Below, piece after piece: positions 21,152 through 31,930 of a stretch of DNA of 64,000 bases; position 1 is the first letter of the stretch, and the number at the start of each line of letters is the position of its first letter. The DNA is from a virus. Taxonomy: Duplodnaviria > Caudoviricetes. The DNA lies in IMG/VR virus record IMGVR_UViG_3300049794_000047; one strand, 5' to 3'. The notes under the pieces were generated by a model. The model was given only the letters and a program-made list of their open reading frames with translations. It did no database searches and was not told where the DNA came from. Position numbers and translations under genes: made by a program.

Positions 21152-21680
21152 TCTTCGCTGAGAGGGATCCTAGAACTGTCGCTGCCAGGGCGTGCGTTGA
21201 TCACCATGAGCAAGGAGCCGACGAGTGAACGATGATTCCGCAACTTCGTGCTCGGGGACGTGTCGGAAAGTCATCTTTCCCTTTTCCTTCTGTAGTTGGT
21301 ACAAGGAGTCCGATGTGCATCGAGGGTGGGGCTGGAGCGACTTCTCCGTTGAGAAGCTGATCGTCAAGACTCGGGAGGAAGAAGATCCAATTGTCAACCT
21401 CCAAATCGACGGGCGCCCGGTCCTCTCTTGCTTGCAGATCGCATCCGAGCCGATGACACAGCGTGTGGACGAGAAGGGGATGAAGTGGTTCGCCAAGACG
21501 TGGGTGCCGGAGGTCGCCACCACGGTGTCGCGGCGCGGCCCGACGACAGCGTTACAGGCCTCGGTCGACGAGCGCAACCAGTGGACCGGCGAAGAGGGGG
21601 CGTTCTACGGCGACATGTTCGTGCCGATCGATCAGCCGCTCGAGTGGGTCGCGTGCCGCGGCGGCCCCCGCTCCGTCACC

Positions 21681-22077
21681 CCGAACGTTCGGGACCTCGG
21701 CCTGCTCGCTGGCATGCTCCGCAGGGCAAATGTGATAGAGCCTGCCCGAACGATTGACGCTCGGGACACCAAGCGCGCGAGGGAACTACAGGCACGAATT
21801 CGAGGGACAGCATCTGCCCGAACGGTTGACGTTCGGGATGAAGGCAAGTGGTCGCCCTCTGGGATAGAGCCTGCCCGAACGGTTGACGTTCGGGACGGAG
21901 CGGCCAAGCGCGAAGCAGCGCGTGGGGCGTCAAGGTGATAGAGCTTGCCCGAGCAGTTGACATTCGGGACCAACCGGCAGAAGTGCGCCGATCGCGCGTC
22001 GTGATAGAGCCTACCCGAGCGTTTGACAGGGGTCGGCGTACATGATGGAATCTGCCTGAACGGTTGACGTTCGGGAC
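21681..22077 (+). CRISPR. CRISPR array 2 (degenerate, about 7 repeats)
   Basis: Variants of the same 36-nt repeat at about 21732, 21803, 21861, 21935, 22001 and 22042. Confidence 0.85.
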
Positions 22078-22248
22078 GACAGGTAGATCTTGACCGCTCA
22101 GAATTCAGACTTCAATGATGTCGCAGGAAACGACGCGGAGACTCAGGTAAAAAGCACTGTCGTGACAGGGGGAGGGCGCGAGACCCCTTTGAATAGAGTC
22201 CGTGCAAGTGTAGTAAAGAATGTAATGGCAATTGAATAGCTGTTGACT

Positions 22249-23098
22249 GTTGATGGGGCTTGCCCGAGCGGTTGACGTTCGGGCAATCTGTACGACGCGC
22301 TGTGCCCAGGCTGGGTGATGGGGCCTGCCCGAACGACACCCGTTCGGGACCCCTGAGGCACGTCGCGGCTGATGTTGGCACTACGCGTGATAGAGTTTGC
22401 CCAAAACGGTTGACGTTTGGGGCCGGCAACCTGGCTGGTCAGGATCACGGGAGTGATAGAGCCTGCCCGAGCGGTTGACGTTCGGGACCACCGCGCGAGG
22501 ATGACGACACGACAGATTAACCGGCCTGCCCGAGCGGTTGACGTTTGGGACGATGAGCACTTCCTTGGGGCGCTAGAGCCTGTCCGAACGGTTGATATTG
22601 GTAATGCGGATACTGCTCGCGACAGCCGCTTGTACCGGCTGTAATAGAGCCCGCCCGAGCGGTTGACGTTTGGGACAAGGAGACAGCAACTGCGTACGAA
22701 GTGCTGGGCAATGTGATAGAGCCTGTTCGAACGGTTGACGTTCGGGACAACCCGGCGGTGCTGAAAGCGCTGTCGGTTTCTTTGTGATAGCACCTGCCCG
22801 AACGGTTGACGTTCGGGACATCATCGGCGGAAGTTAGGGGCTGGAACGAAATAACCTGGTCATTTCTGGTGGATCTTCGTCGGGGAATCGTTCAAATGAC
22901 CAAGTTAATAAAGTCCAGCCCCTTAGCGAGATGGAGCTTGTCCGAGCGGTTGACGTTCGGGACGTAAGGCTCGGCCACCTGCCGGGTCGTGCTGGAGCTC
23001 GCCCGAGCGGTTGACGTTCGGGACTGCGGGTCTTTGCCCCGCTTTGGCGGGGCCTCGATCGCAAGATAGAGCTTGCCCGAGCGGTTGACGTTCGGGAT
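22249..23098 (+). CRISPR. CRISPR array 3 (about 12 repeats, interrupted by a MITE)
   Basis: AT-rich leader ending AATTGAATAGCTGTTGACT followed by repeat variants. Confidence 0.9.
22837..22922 (+). mobile_element. 86-bp MITE copy 5, inside a CRISPR spacer
   Basis: TIRs plus TTA duplication between two repeats. Confidence 0.9.
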
Positions 23099-23332
23099 CG
23101 CAATCCAAGCAGGGGTGCTCGTCGGTCAACCGGGCTGCGTGACGACGCCAACCCACGCGAGCGGTCCTATGCGTCGAGTTGATGGGAAGGCGCTCGCACA
23201 AGATAAGCACAAGAAACGACACAGCTTTGCAGGTAAGGTCAATGTCGAAATGTTGAAGAGCCGTCTGTTTGAATGGGGTGCTCGCGATCAGTGCAGTAAG
23301 ATCGCGAAATGATAATCGAATAGTTGTTAGCT

Positions 23333-25577
23333 GTGATGGAGCCTGCCCGAACGGTTGACGTTTGGGACAAGTGGGACGGTGACGACGTGCCGGCCTTCAT
23401 GCGTGTGATGGAGCCTGCCCAAACGGTTGACGTTTGGGACGCTGGATGCGCGATGAGGACGACGAGCAGGCTCGAAGTGATGGAGCCTGCCCAAACGGTT
23501 GACGTTTGGGACCTACGCGAATGCGAGCGGTACTTTTGAATCACCGAGGCGTGATGGAGCCTGCCCAAACGGTTGACGTTTGGGATCCGGCGTGCGGACC
23601 GTGCGCCTGTGGTGCAAGCGGGAGTGATGGAGCCTGCCCAAACGGTTGACGTTTGGGACCCAAAGTCACCGAGGCGAACCGACACGGGAGATACGGCGTG
23701 ATGGAGCCTGCCCGAACGGTTGACGTTTGGGACGGGTGGACAGTGATCACCGCCATCGTAGCGCTCGCGTGATGGAGCCTGCCCGAACGGTTGACGTTTG
23801 GGACAGCCGTCGCCACGGATCCACCGCATCCACCTGCCTCATGTGATGGAGCCTGCCCGAACGGTTGACGTTTGGGACGAGAAGCAGGTCGCGGACACGC
23901 GGCGGCTGGTCAACGTGATGGAGCCTGCCCGAGCGGTTGACGTTTGGGACGCGGACAGCCCGACGCCCCCCTGATGAGCCTGCCCGAACGGTTGACGTTT
24001 GGGACGCGCCGTACGCCGTCGTGGGCACGGTGAATCCATTGGTGATGGGGCCTGCCCGAACGGTTGACGTGTGGGACGAGCTGGTGAGCACTTCAAACCC
24101 GGCATGCCGACTTGTGATGGCGCCTGCCCGAACGGTTGACGTTTGGGACTCGTCGCCACGCGTCCGATGCTCCCGGAAGACGCACGTGATGGAGCCTGCC
24201 CGAACGGTTGACGTTTGGGACCGGTGATGGGGCGTCATGGATCGTCGCCCTTCACGCGTGATGGAGCCTGTCCGAACGGTTGACGTTCGGGACAACCCGA
24301 CGGTGCTGAAAGTGCCGTCGGTTTCTTTGTGATAGCACCTGTCCGAACGGTTGACGTTCGGGACGCCGCGTGGCTCCGCGTGTGATAGAGCCTGCCTGAA
24401 CGGTTGACGTTTGGGGCCAACGTAAGGACGCGGCGCGTAGATCTGAATCGCCGTTGTGATAGAGCCTGCCTGAACGGTTGAGGCCAGGAGCGTGCGCGAT
24501 CGACGTCGCCATGCTCGCGGTGATAGAGCCTGCCCGAACGGTTGATGCTTCGGGACTATCCGACTGAACTGCACAAGCGCGGATTCAACGGCATGATGGA
24601 GACTGCCCGAATGGTTGACGTTTAGGACCAGGCTGCGCCGACAGCAACCGCGCGCCGGTTAAGCGTGATGGAGCCTGCCCGCGCGGTTGACGCTCGGGAC
24701 ACCTGTACGACGCGATGCGAGGAATGGACACAGGCCGGGTGATGGAGTTTGTCTAAGCGACTGACGTTATGGACGTGAGAATTCCGACGCGCACAAGATG
24801 GAGTGCGCTAATAGGCGCTTGCCCCAATGGTTGAACCCCTCGACTACTTCACCAAACTCGCGAGGAAAACTGCGTGATAGAGCCTGCCCAAACGGTTGAC
24901 GTTTGGGACAACAGCGGGCACTCTAACAGACTCGGCGCGCGCCTGGTGATAGAACCTGCCCAAACGGTTGACGTTTTGGGACGCATGAGTCTCCACTCCC
25001 ACATCGACCTAGCTTTTGTGATAGAGTCTGCCCAAACGGTTGACGTTTGGGACCAGGTGCTCGGCATTGGGCCCGTCGATGTCGCCGCTGGTGATAGAGC
25101 CTGCCCAAACGGTTGACGTTTGGGACAAGTCAAGCCTGGGTGACGTGATAGAGCCTGCCCAAACGTTTGACGTTTGGGACAAGAGATCCACCAGGCGATC
25201 GCGCCGCTGGCACGCGTGATAGAGCCTGCCCAAACGGTTGACGTTTGGGACCGTCCCACAACACTGCCAACTACGTCGCCGCGTGATCGTGATGGAGCCT
25301 GCCCAAACGGTTGACGTTTGGGACAACCGTACGAACCTCGCGAGTTGTGATGGAGCCTGCTCGAACGGTTGACGTTCGGGACCTTACGAACCCACGGGAA
25401 AACGAGGATCGCTTTCTGGTGATGGAGCCTGCTCGAGCGGTTAATGTTTGGAACGGTCGGGTTTGTGGTTGATTGCCTTGACGGCAGCGTGTGATGGAGC
25501 CTACTCGAACGGTTGACGTTCGGGGACACCTGTACGACGCGCGGCACAGGATAGAGTCTGCCCAAACGGTTGACGCT
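23333..25577 (+). CRISPR. CRISPR array 4/5 (about 33 repeats in two blocks; second block starts at 24874)
   Basis: Repeat GTGATRGAGCCTGCCCRAACGGTTGACGTTYGGGAC, spacers mostly 35-38 nt; each block decays at its 3' end. Confidence 0.95.
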
Positions 25578-25649
25578 CACACCAACGGACTACAACTGAC
25601 GCGCGTTCCATTCCGGTTAGAACCCACGAGGGCACTCGGTTGTTCCAGC

Positions 25650-25991
25650 CTATTCCGTGGGACACGTTTTCCGCTCCCCGGTGAGGTACCGTAGGAGATC
25701 GATCCTCCCACCATAACTGGCGAGGATGATCTGCGTACCCGCGAGATGGCAAGCTGCCAATCGATGATGCCCGTCGAGCAGGATGGGCTCGGGATAGATC
25801 TGACCGAAGTCGCAGCAGTTGTCGACGTTGATCGCATCCAGCGTCTCGCCTCCCAGCAGTCCCTCGTAGAAGTAGCGAATCCGGCCATAGTCCCATGCGC
25901 GTGTGGGGCGCCTTCGGCTTCTCTGCACGTCACTCACGTAGGCCGGCTGCGCGCGATACCGGAGAAGTTTCGAGATCGTCATCCCCCGCAT
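25650..25991 (-). CDS. ParB/Srx N-terminal-like domain protein
   Basis: PILLDGHHRLAA motif; start uncertain. Confidence 0.55.
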   Translation of the reverse strand: MRGMTISKLLRYRAQPAYVSDVQRSRRRPTRAWDYGRIRYFYEGLLGGETLDAINVDNCCDFGQIYPEPILLDGHHRLAACHLAGTQIILASYGGRIDLLRYLTGERKTCPTE

Positions 25992-26318
25992 AGGAAGATT
26001 CCACTCGGGCCAGGCATAGAGTTCCCAGAGGCGCGCTACAAGCAGCTTGCTGTGAGTGTCCACATCACCTCTTGTCACGATCCTACAGCAGTGGCAGATA
26101 AGCTGCTCGCGAAATTGCGGGCGCGTGGAGTCGACACGTGACCAAACCAGCGCCGTGAACATCGATGCCACACTGCTGCACACTAGGATGCGTGTCAGGT
26201 GCCACCCGACGTGCGCCCCGCGAGCACCCGGTTGCAGCTGAAGGCCACGTAACCCCCGCAAAAATCAAGGGACCTGGACTCTTGCATCCGGTCTCCAAAA
26301 GGTGTAAGAGCCTACGAA

Positions 26319-26930
26319 ATGGCTTACGACGGACTCACAACCGGACAGGCGGCCCTCTACTTGAAACGTCATCCCAAGACCCTTCAGGGATGGGACCGTG
26401 ACGGTTCGCTTCCCGCCAAACGCACGTCGACAGGACGACGCTACTGGCTGAAGACGGACCTGGATCGTTATCTCGGCAAAACGAGTCTCGTGGTAGAGCG
26501 TGTGAAGATCGCCTATTGTCGTGTCTCCTCCCAGGCACAACGGGCTGACCTCAAAAATCAGAGGGCCGTCCTGGATGACTTCTGCGCGAAACAGGGCTTC
26601 TCGAATGTCGAGCACATCGCAGAGATCGGCGGGGGCCTGAACTTCAAACGAAAACTCTTTCTGTCGATCGTGGATCGTGTCGTCAGCGGCGCGGTGTCGC
26701 ATCTCGTGATTGCACACAGGGATCGCTTGACACGGTTCGGCTTTGATCTGCTCAAGCACCTCTGTGACACACATGATTGTGCACTGCACGCCCTTGACCA
26801 AGAGAAACTCTCGCCAGAGCGAGAGATGGGCGAAGACCTGAGGACGATCGTCCACTGCTTCTCGGCACGGCTCGAGGGTCTGCGAAACTACCACAAGTCG
26901 CTTCAGGCGGCTCTAGCGAGCAGGACGTAG
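26319..26930 (+). mobile_element. tnpA: IS607-family serine transposase TnpA (no tnpB downstream)
   Basis: MerR-like HTH (TLQGWDRDG..RTSTGRRY), IAYCRVSS, DLKNQ, EIGGGLNFKR, HRDRLTRFGF. Confidence 0.9.
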
Positions 26931-26933
26931 ACC

Positions 26934-27554
26934 GTGCTCGTCTGGATCGACCTGGAGGCCACGAGTCTCTGCGTCCACACGCAAGTCCTGCTCGAAGTGG
27001 CCGCAATCGTGACGGATGACCGGCTCCGGGAGGTGGGCCGGTTCCACCGTGTAGTGCACTGGCCGCCAGCAGAGCAACTCGCGTCCCTGGAGCCCGACAG
27101 CCCAGGCGAAGCGTTTAGGCTCGATGCGGAGCTGATGGGAATCGACCGCGTGGTCATCGAAATGCATGCGAAAAATGGACTGTGGGCCGAGTCGGCGCGG
27201 TCTCCGCACCGCTTGACAGTCGTTGATAACCAATTCGCTGAGTTCCTCGCACAGACCGCAACAGCTACGGACCCAGCAACAGGACAGCAGACCAAAGCGC
27301 AGATCGCGGGATCGTCGATCTGGTTCGACCGCTTGCTCATGATCTCTAGCCTGCCGCGTGCACTTGAGCAACTCCACTATCGCTGCGTCGACGTCACGAC
27401 CCTGAACGAGCTTGCACGACGATTCTGGCCCGGGCTGCTTGGTGGAAAACCCTGCAAGCGAGAGATCCACCGCTCGATGTCTGACATCGAGGACAGTCTT
27501 GAGCTTTGCCGTTACTACGTCGAACAAATTGCCCGTGGGGAAAGGAGCTGTTAA
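26934..27554 (+). CDS. orn: Oligoribonuclease-like DEDDh exonuclease
   Basis: LVWIDLEAT, LEVAAIVTD, AGSSIWFDR, LHYRCVDV, HRSMSDIEDS. Confidence 0.8.
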   Translation: MLVWIDLEATSLCVHTQVLLEVAAIVTDDRLREVGRFHRVVHWPPAEQLASLEPDSPGEAFRLDAELMGIDRVVIEMHAKNGLWAESARSPHRLTVVDNQFAEFLAQTATATDPATGQQTKAQIAGSSIWFDRLLMISSLPRALEQLHYRCVDVTTLNELARRFWPGLLGGKPCKREIHRSMSDIEDSLELCRYYVEQIARGERSC

Positions 27555-27894
27555 CTGATATGCCAAGGAATTCAGATCCGCCAGCCTCAAGCCAAGAGAA
27601 GGCGAGCGACCTTCACACAAGCCTCGGCGAGGTCGTCTGGTGCGTCGACCTCGATCAAGCGGCGTGCTCGCCGGGGCGGTTGGTGCCTGCCGACCCGAGC
27701 CTCTGATGCTGCACGAAACGAGACTTGAGAACGCGGGCTCCTACTACGCATGGTGTTGCACCTGTGGTCGGACGTCGCGACACCTCGCACCACTGCAGGC
27801 TGCTGATCGCAACGCCAAAGCCCACGAGCGAAAGTACAACAAGCAGTCGGATGCCGTCGGCTCGGTCAGCGAGAGCAAAGGTGGCGGGGGGTAG

Positions 27895-28545
27895 ATGGCG
27901 AAGCACCATGGATCCGAAGCCGAGCTTGCCGCGGGGGTTGTTGCTTGGCTTCACAGCAGCGGGGCCGAGGTGTATCAGGAGGTCGAGGTGCCTGGCGGCA
28001 TCGCCGACATCGTCGCGTGTGTGGGTGCCGAGCTCTGGATCATCGAGACGAAGCTGAGCCTCTCGCTCACGCTTCTTGTCCAAGCGATGGATCGCCGCAG
28101 GCTCGCGCACCGCGTGTACTGCGCCGCGCCGCGAACTCGCACGAGCCGGGACTTCGGCCGTGTTTGCAAGGAGTTGGGCGTGGGTCTGCTCGAGGTCTAC
28201 ACAGGGGGTGATAACACGTGCGTCAAGGAAGCCGTCGCATCCAGGCGCTGGAACCGGCGCCCGGCGGTGCTGGAGGGGCTGCTCCGGGCAGAGCACCAAA
28301 CGCACGCGGTCGCGGGAACGAACGGCGGGCGCTGGACACCGTTCCGTGACACCTGCGCGCAGTTGCTGTCCGTCGTCACGGCCGAGCCCGGCATCCAGTT
28401 GCGAGATGCGATCGAGACGATCCGCGACCACTACAGCAGCAAGAGCGCGGCACGGTCCCATATGGCGCGGTGGATCGCGATGAACAAGGCAGCTGGCGTG
28501 CTGCTCGTCGAGGGTGCTCTCTGGCCGACTGGCGGTGGGACGTGA
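27895..28545 (+). CDS. PD-(D/E)XK-like nuclease-fold phage protein
   Basis: VYQEV..IADIV..WIIETK..Q pattern. Confidence 0.55.
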   Translation: MAKHHGSEAELAAGVVAWLHSSGAEVYQEVEVPGGIADIVACVGAELWIIETKLSLSLTLLVQAMDRRRLAHRVYCAAPRTRTSRDFGRVCKELGVGLLEVYTGGDNTCVKEAVASRRWNRRPAVLEGLLRAEHQTHAVAGTNGGRWTPFRDTCAQLLSVVTAEPGIQLRDAIETIRDHYSSKSAARSHMARWIAMNKAAGVLLVEGALWPTGGGT

Positions 28546-30296
28546 CATTTCGCAACCGCCGCACCGGAGGCCCTGCCGGGACACACCCTGGCGCTCGATC
28601 AACAGCAGCCCTCTCCGCACCTGTTGAGCTATCCCGGGACCATACGCAGAGAGCCTCGATCCCTCCACATGAGGAGCATGGGCATGACCCGTAAGAGCAT
28701 TTCAACAAAGGCAACTCGTCGTTTGCGACGTCCCAGCAAGCACGTTGGTAGTTACGTCAACGCGGACGGTGAGGACAAGCCGACCCGCGACACCCTCGCT
28801 TTCGAGGCGTGCGCGGACGGCACACTCATCATCTATGCCACGTTGCCCGACGGAGACGGCGAGCCGATCCACATCGAACCTGAACGTGTCGGTTCGCTTC
28901 TGGCCTCGTGCGGTGATGCCCTCGCGAGGAAGCCAAGCAGGCGATGACTCAAGAAGAAGAGCTTCACGTCCTCCGTGTGCGCGTCGCCGAGTTGGAGGCT
29001 GAGCGTGATCGGAAGCTCCCGATACCGATGAGCGCATCAGACAAACTCAAGTGCCACGTCAAGGCATGTCCCATCGGCTGGCACAAGGGGCAACTGAAAC
29101 TTCACCGTGCAACAACCACTACTGACGTGACTGCCTGGATTCAGGAGCTTGATCGGCTCGTTGGAGTACAATCAAATACTGCGACTAAAACACGCTTGCC
29201 GAAACCGTACGCGGGGGGACCAAAGATCGACGCTGTTGATCGGCTTTGGAGATATTTTGGAGGTTTGTAGAAGAATAGCGGCGACTGAATATTTTTGGGG
29301 CCGGTACTGGGAACAGCGTCGCAGCTGACCAAGCAACCGTCTCCTCGCAGCTAACGAGCAGCTTCAAAGCCCCGGCCAGTGTGTTAGGATGAGCCTATGA
29401 CCACCCAGGAACATGCTCAGAAAAGTGACGGTGCCCGTGCGAGGCAGGCGCCGGGCCTTTTGGAATGCGATCATTGCGGTGGCGGCGGTCGACATTGGTA
29501 TATTCCGCTGACAGATGAAACGCTCTGTCACTCGTGTTACGAGTGGCTACTCGATCGACTGAGCCCAGAAGGCGCGGCGGCGCCTGGTCAAGTCGCAGCC
29601 CGGTTTCTGGCGGGACTTGGCGACGATTCCGCTCGGCTTCCAACTCCTCGAAGAAGCGCGGGCGCAGCGCTTCTTGTGCCAGATCCTCTCGAAGAGCCCA
29701 CGCAAGATCCCGGCCGCCGCCGGCGAGAAGATTGAATGGTGTGTCAAGCACGTGCCTGACCTGCCCATCGTGCTGTCCGAAGACAAGGGCCTCGTCTACG
29801 GCAAAGCTCTTGTGCGACGATTGGCCTGAGTACATCGAGCGGTGGCTCACCTGGCGTCCGCGCGGCCTCGTGGTTGCGGTTGCGGTGGCTCAGCGGTGGA
29901 ACGTCGGCATCGACCAACGGTTCCCCAAGAACGTCGTTAGGTTCGACGGGTCGAATTTCGCTTATGTTCGAGAGCGCATGCAGGAGATTCGCGCGACGGC
30001 GGGTCAGGCATAAACATGGATGTGCAGGGAACGGATCGGTCTATACACGCAGCTGCGAGGGGTACGTCTACATCGGCGACCAGGGCATCGAAGTCTGTGA
30101 GACCTGCGGGGGCTGTACATGCTGCCGTCACGCGGACGTCGACCACCGCAAGGCTCGCTACAGGTGCTGGCACAATCGTGAGAGCACGGCGTGTCTGCTC
30201 GTTGGTAAAAAGCAACTTCAACCATGACTGCAAGAGAGACCAACGCCCATGAGAACCCGGGCGTTGTCTGCCTTGCAACTAGACAGGACACCCGAC

Positions 30297-31139
30297 ATGG
30301 AAACCAAGATGACTCTGGCACAAGACGAAGGTCCAGGCCCAACGCCGACATTCGACATCACGCTTGGGCACAGCGCTCGGCACTCACAGGGTCTCCTGCG
30401 ACTTCGTGCCGGGATCGAGATCTCCGGCACCACTGAGGCCACCCTGACCGCGCGCCCGACCAGCGCGTTTTCGCCCGCGCAGGCTGGCGATTTTACCGCC
30501 ATTCGCGCGTCGATTTGACATCATTGATTTGAAGGTTGGGTTTGTCAGTGTGTTCGCTGACGACAGTAAGGGGCTGGACTTTATTAACTTGGTCATTTGA
30601 ACGATTCCCCGACGAAGATCCACCAGAAATGACCAGGTTATTTCGTTCCAGCCCCTAACGGTGCCGTCGCGAGGCATGCTGACGGCAGTACCTGTCTATA
30701 CTGTCCCGCGCGCCGGTACGAGGCCGTCTATCGATTCAAGCACACAACGTCAGTGCTAGACATCTTGGCCAACCCTGGACCTGCGCGGGCGCTCGTTACC
30801 TCGTCCGCGCCCAGCATACTCGGTCACGAGATCTCGGCGAGGACCTGCCATGCATGGCAGGACATTTCGATCACGGTGCGCGCCTATGAGGGCCACCCCA
30901 GTGACTTCGAGGCGATTCTCCTGGGTGACTTTCGAGAAGCGGGAATCTGTCGCCAGGGGCACGACGGCGAGGACATTTTCGTTGACGATGTAGTCAGGGC
31001 ATACCTCATGACACCGGACGGACGGTACGACCCCACGCTCGACGACGTGCTTCGCCACGTGCAGGGCCTTTGCCCTGCCTGGGTAACAATGCGCGATGAC
31101 GTGAGCCGTCTCGTCGAGCTGTACACGTCGGGTGGTTGA
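30297..31139 (+). pseudogene. RPQ-domain family gene broken by a frameshift and a MITE
   Basis: ATLTARPTSAFSP / RRLAI..FDIIDLKVG; after removing MITE 6 this reads in frame into ORF 30753 (QDISITV..FEAILLG). Confidence 0.65.
30570..30655 (-). mobile_element. 86-bp MITE copy 6
   Basis: TIRs plus TAA duplication. Confidence 0.9.
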
Positions 31140-31198
31140 CCTGGCCTCTCACGATCGCTGAACGAGGCCACCGCGTCAGGGACTGGCAACCCCGCGAG

Positions 31199-31930
31199 TC
31201 AGACCTCGACGACGAACCTAGGGTCGAAACCGTTACCCGCCTCACTCGGATAGCCACGAGGGTTGCAGACGACCCGGGTCCCGCCAGTGACGTAGTCGCG
31301 CCGCGCGTGCGTGTGCCCATGGATCCAGAGACGTGCGTCCGATTCCTCCACCAGCCCAGCAGCATCCGCCGCGACGAAAAAGCGGTTCAACGCTGATCCA
31401 GCATACTGCGGCGCGATGCTCCGCGGATGAGGCAGATGGTGAGTAACGACGACGTCACCAGGCTGTACGTTGGTCTTGAGGAACGTTAGATGCGCCCTAT
31501 GGGTGTCGTGCACCCAGGGCACGAAGTCGGCGATCAACTTGAAGTCGTTCAAGGAACTGCGGTACAGGATCTCATCCGGCGTGGCGGGGAACCACAGCGC
31601 TGCGCCGACGAACCGGGTCCCGTCGATGATGGCGACGCCGGGGTTGAGGACGTGAAGGTTGGGGATCTCCTGAGCACAAGCGGCGAGCAGTGCCTCGGCG
31701 TCTGCGGGACGCGTCCTGTAATACTCGTGGTTGCCTGGCACGAAGATCACATGAGGGAAGCGGTTGCAGAACCAACTGAATGCGCGGCGAACAGGAGTGG
31801 CCTCACGCAGTGGGATCAGGTCGCCACCAAGGACGAGCACGTCCCCGGCAACCGGCACACCGCGCGCGAATTCCTCGCCGCCGTCGCGGTCGAACTCAAA
31901 GTGTAAGTCAGAGCAGATCTGAATTCGCAC
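31199..31930 (-). CDS. Calcineurin-like metallophosphoesterase
   Basis: SDLH, GD, GNHE, THH, HGHTH, NPRGY motifs. Confidence 0.92.
   Translation of the reverse strand: MRIQICSDLHFEFDRDGGEEFARGVPVAGDVLVLGGDLIPLREATPVRRAFSWFCNRFPHVIFVPGNHEYYRTRPADAEALLAACAQEIPNLHVLNPGVAIIDGTRFVGAALWFPATPDEILYRSSLNDFKLIADFVPWVHDTHRAHLTFLKTNVQPGDVVVTHHLPHPRSIAPQYAGSALNRFFVAADAAGLVEESDARLWIHGHTHARRDYVTGGTRVVCNPRGYPSEAGNGFDPRFVVEV

Noticed and set aside
18633-25577. Self-targeting spacers within the window
   Set aside because: None found by eye; a systematic alignment is still needed.
18383-25580. ORFs with repeated VPNVNRSG / SQTSTVRAGSIT / PERQP peptides
   Set aside because: They are translations of CRISPR repeats, not repeat proteins.
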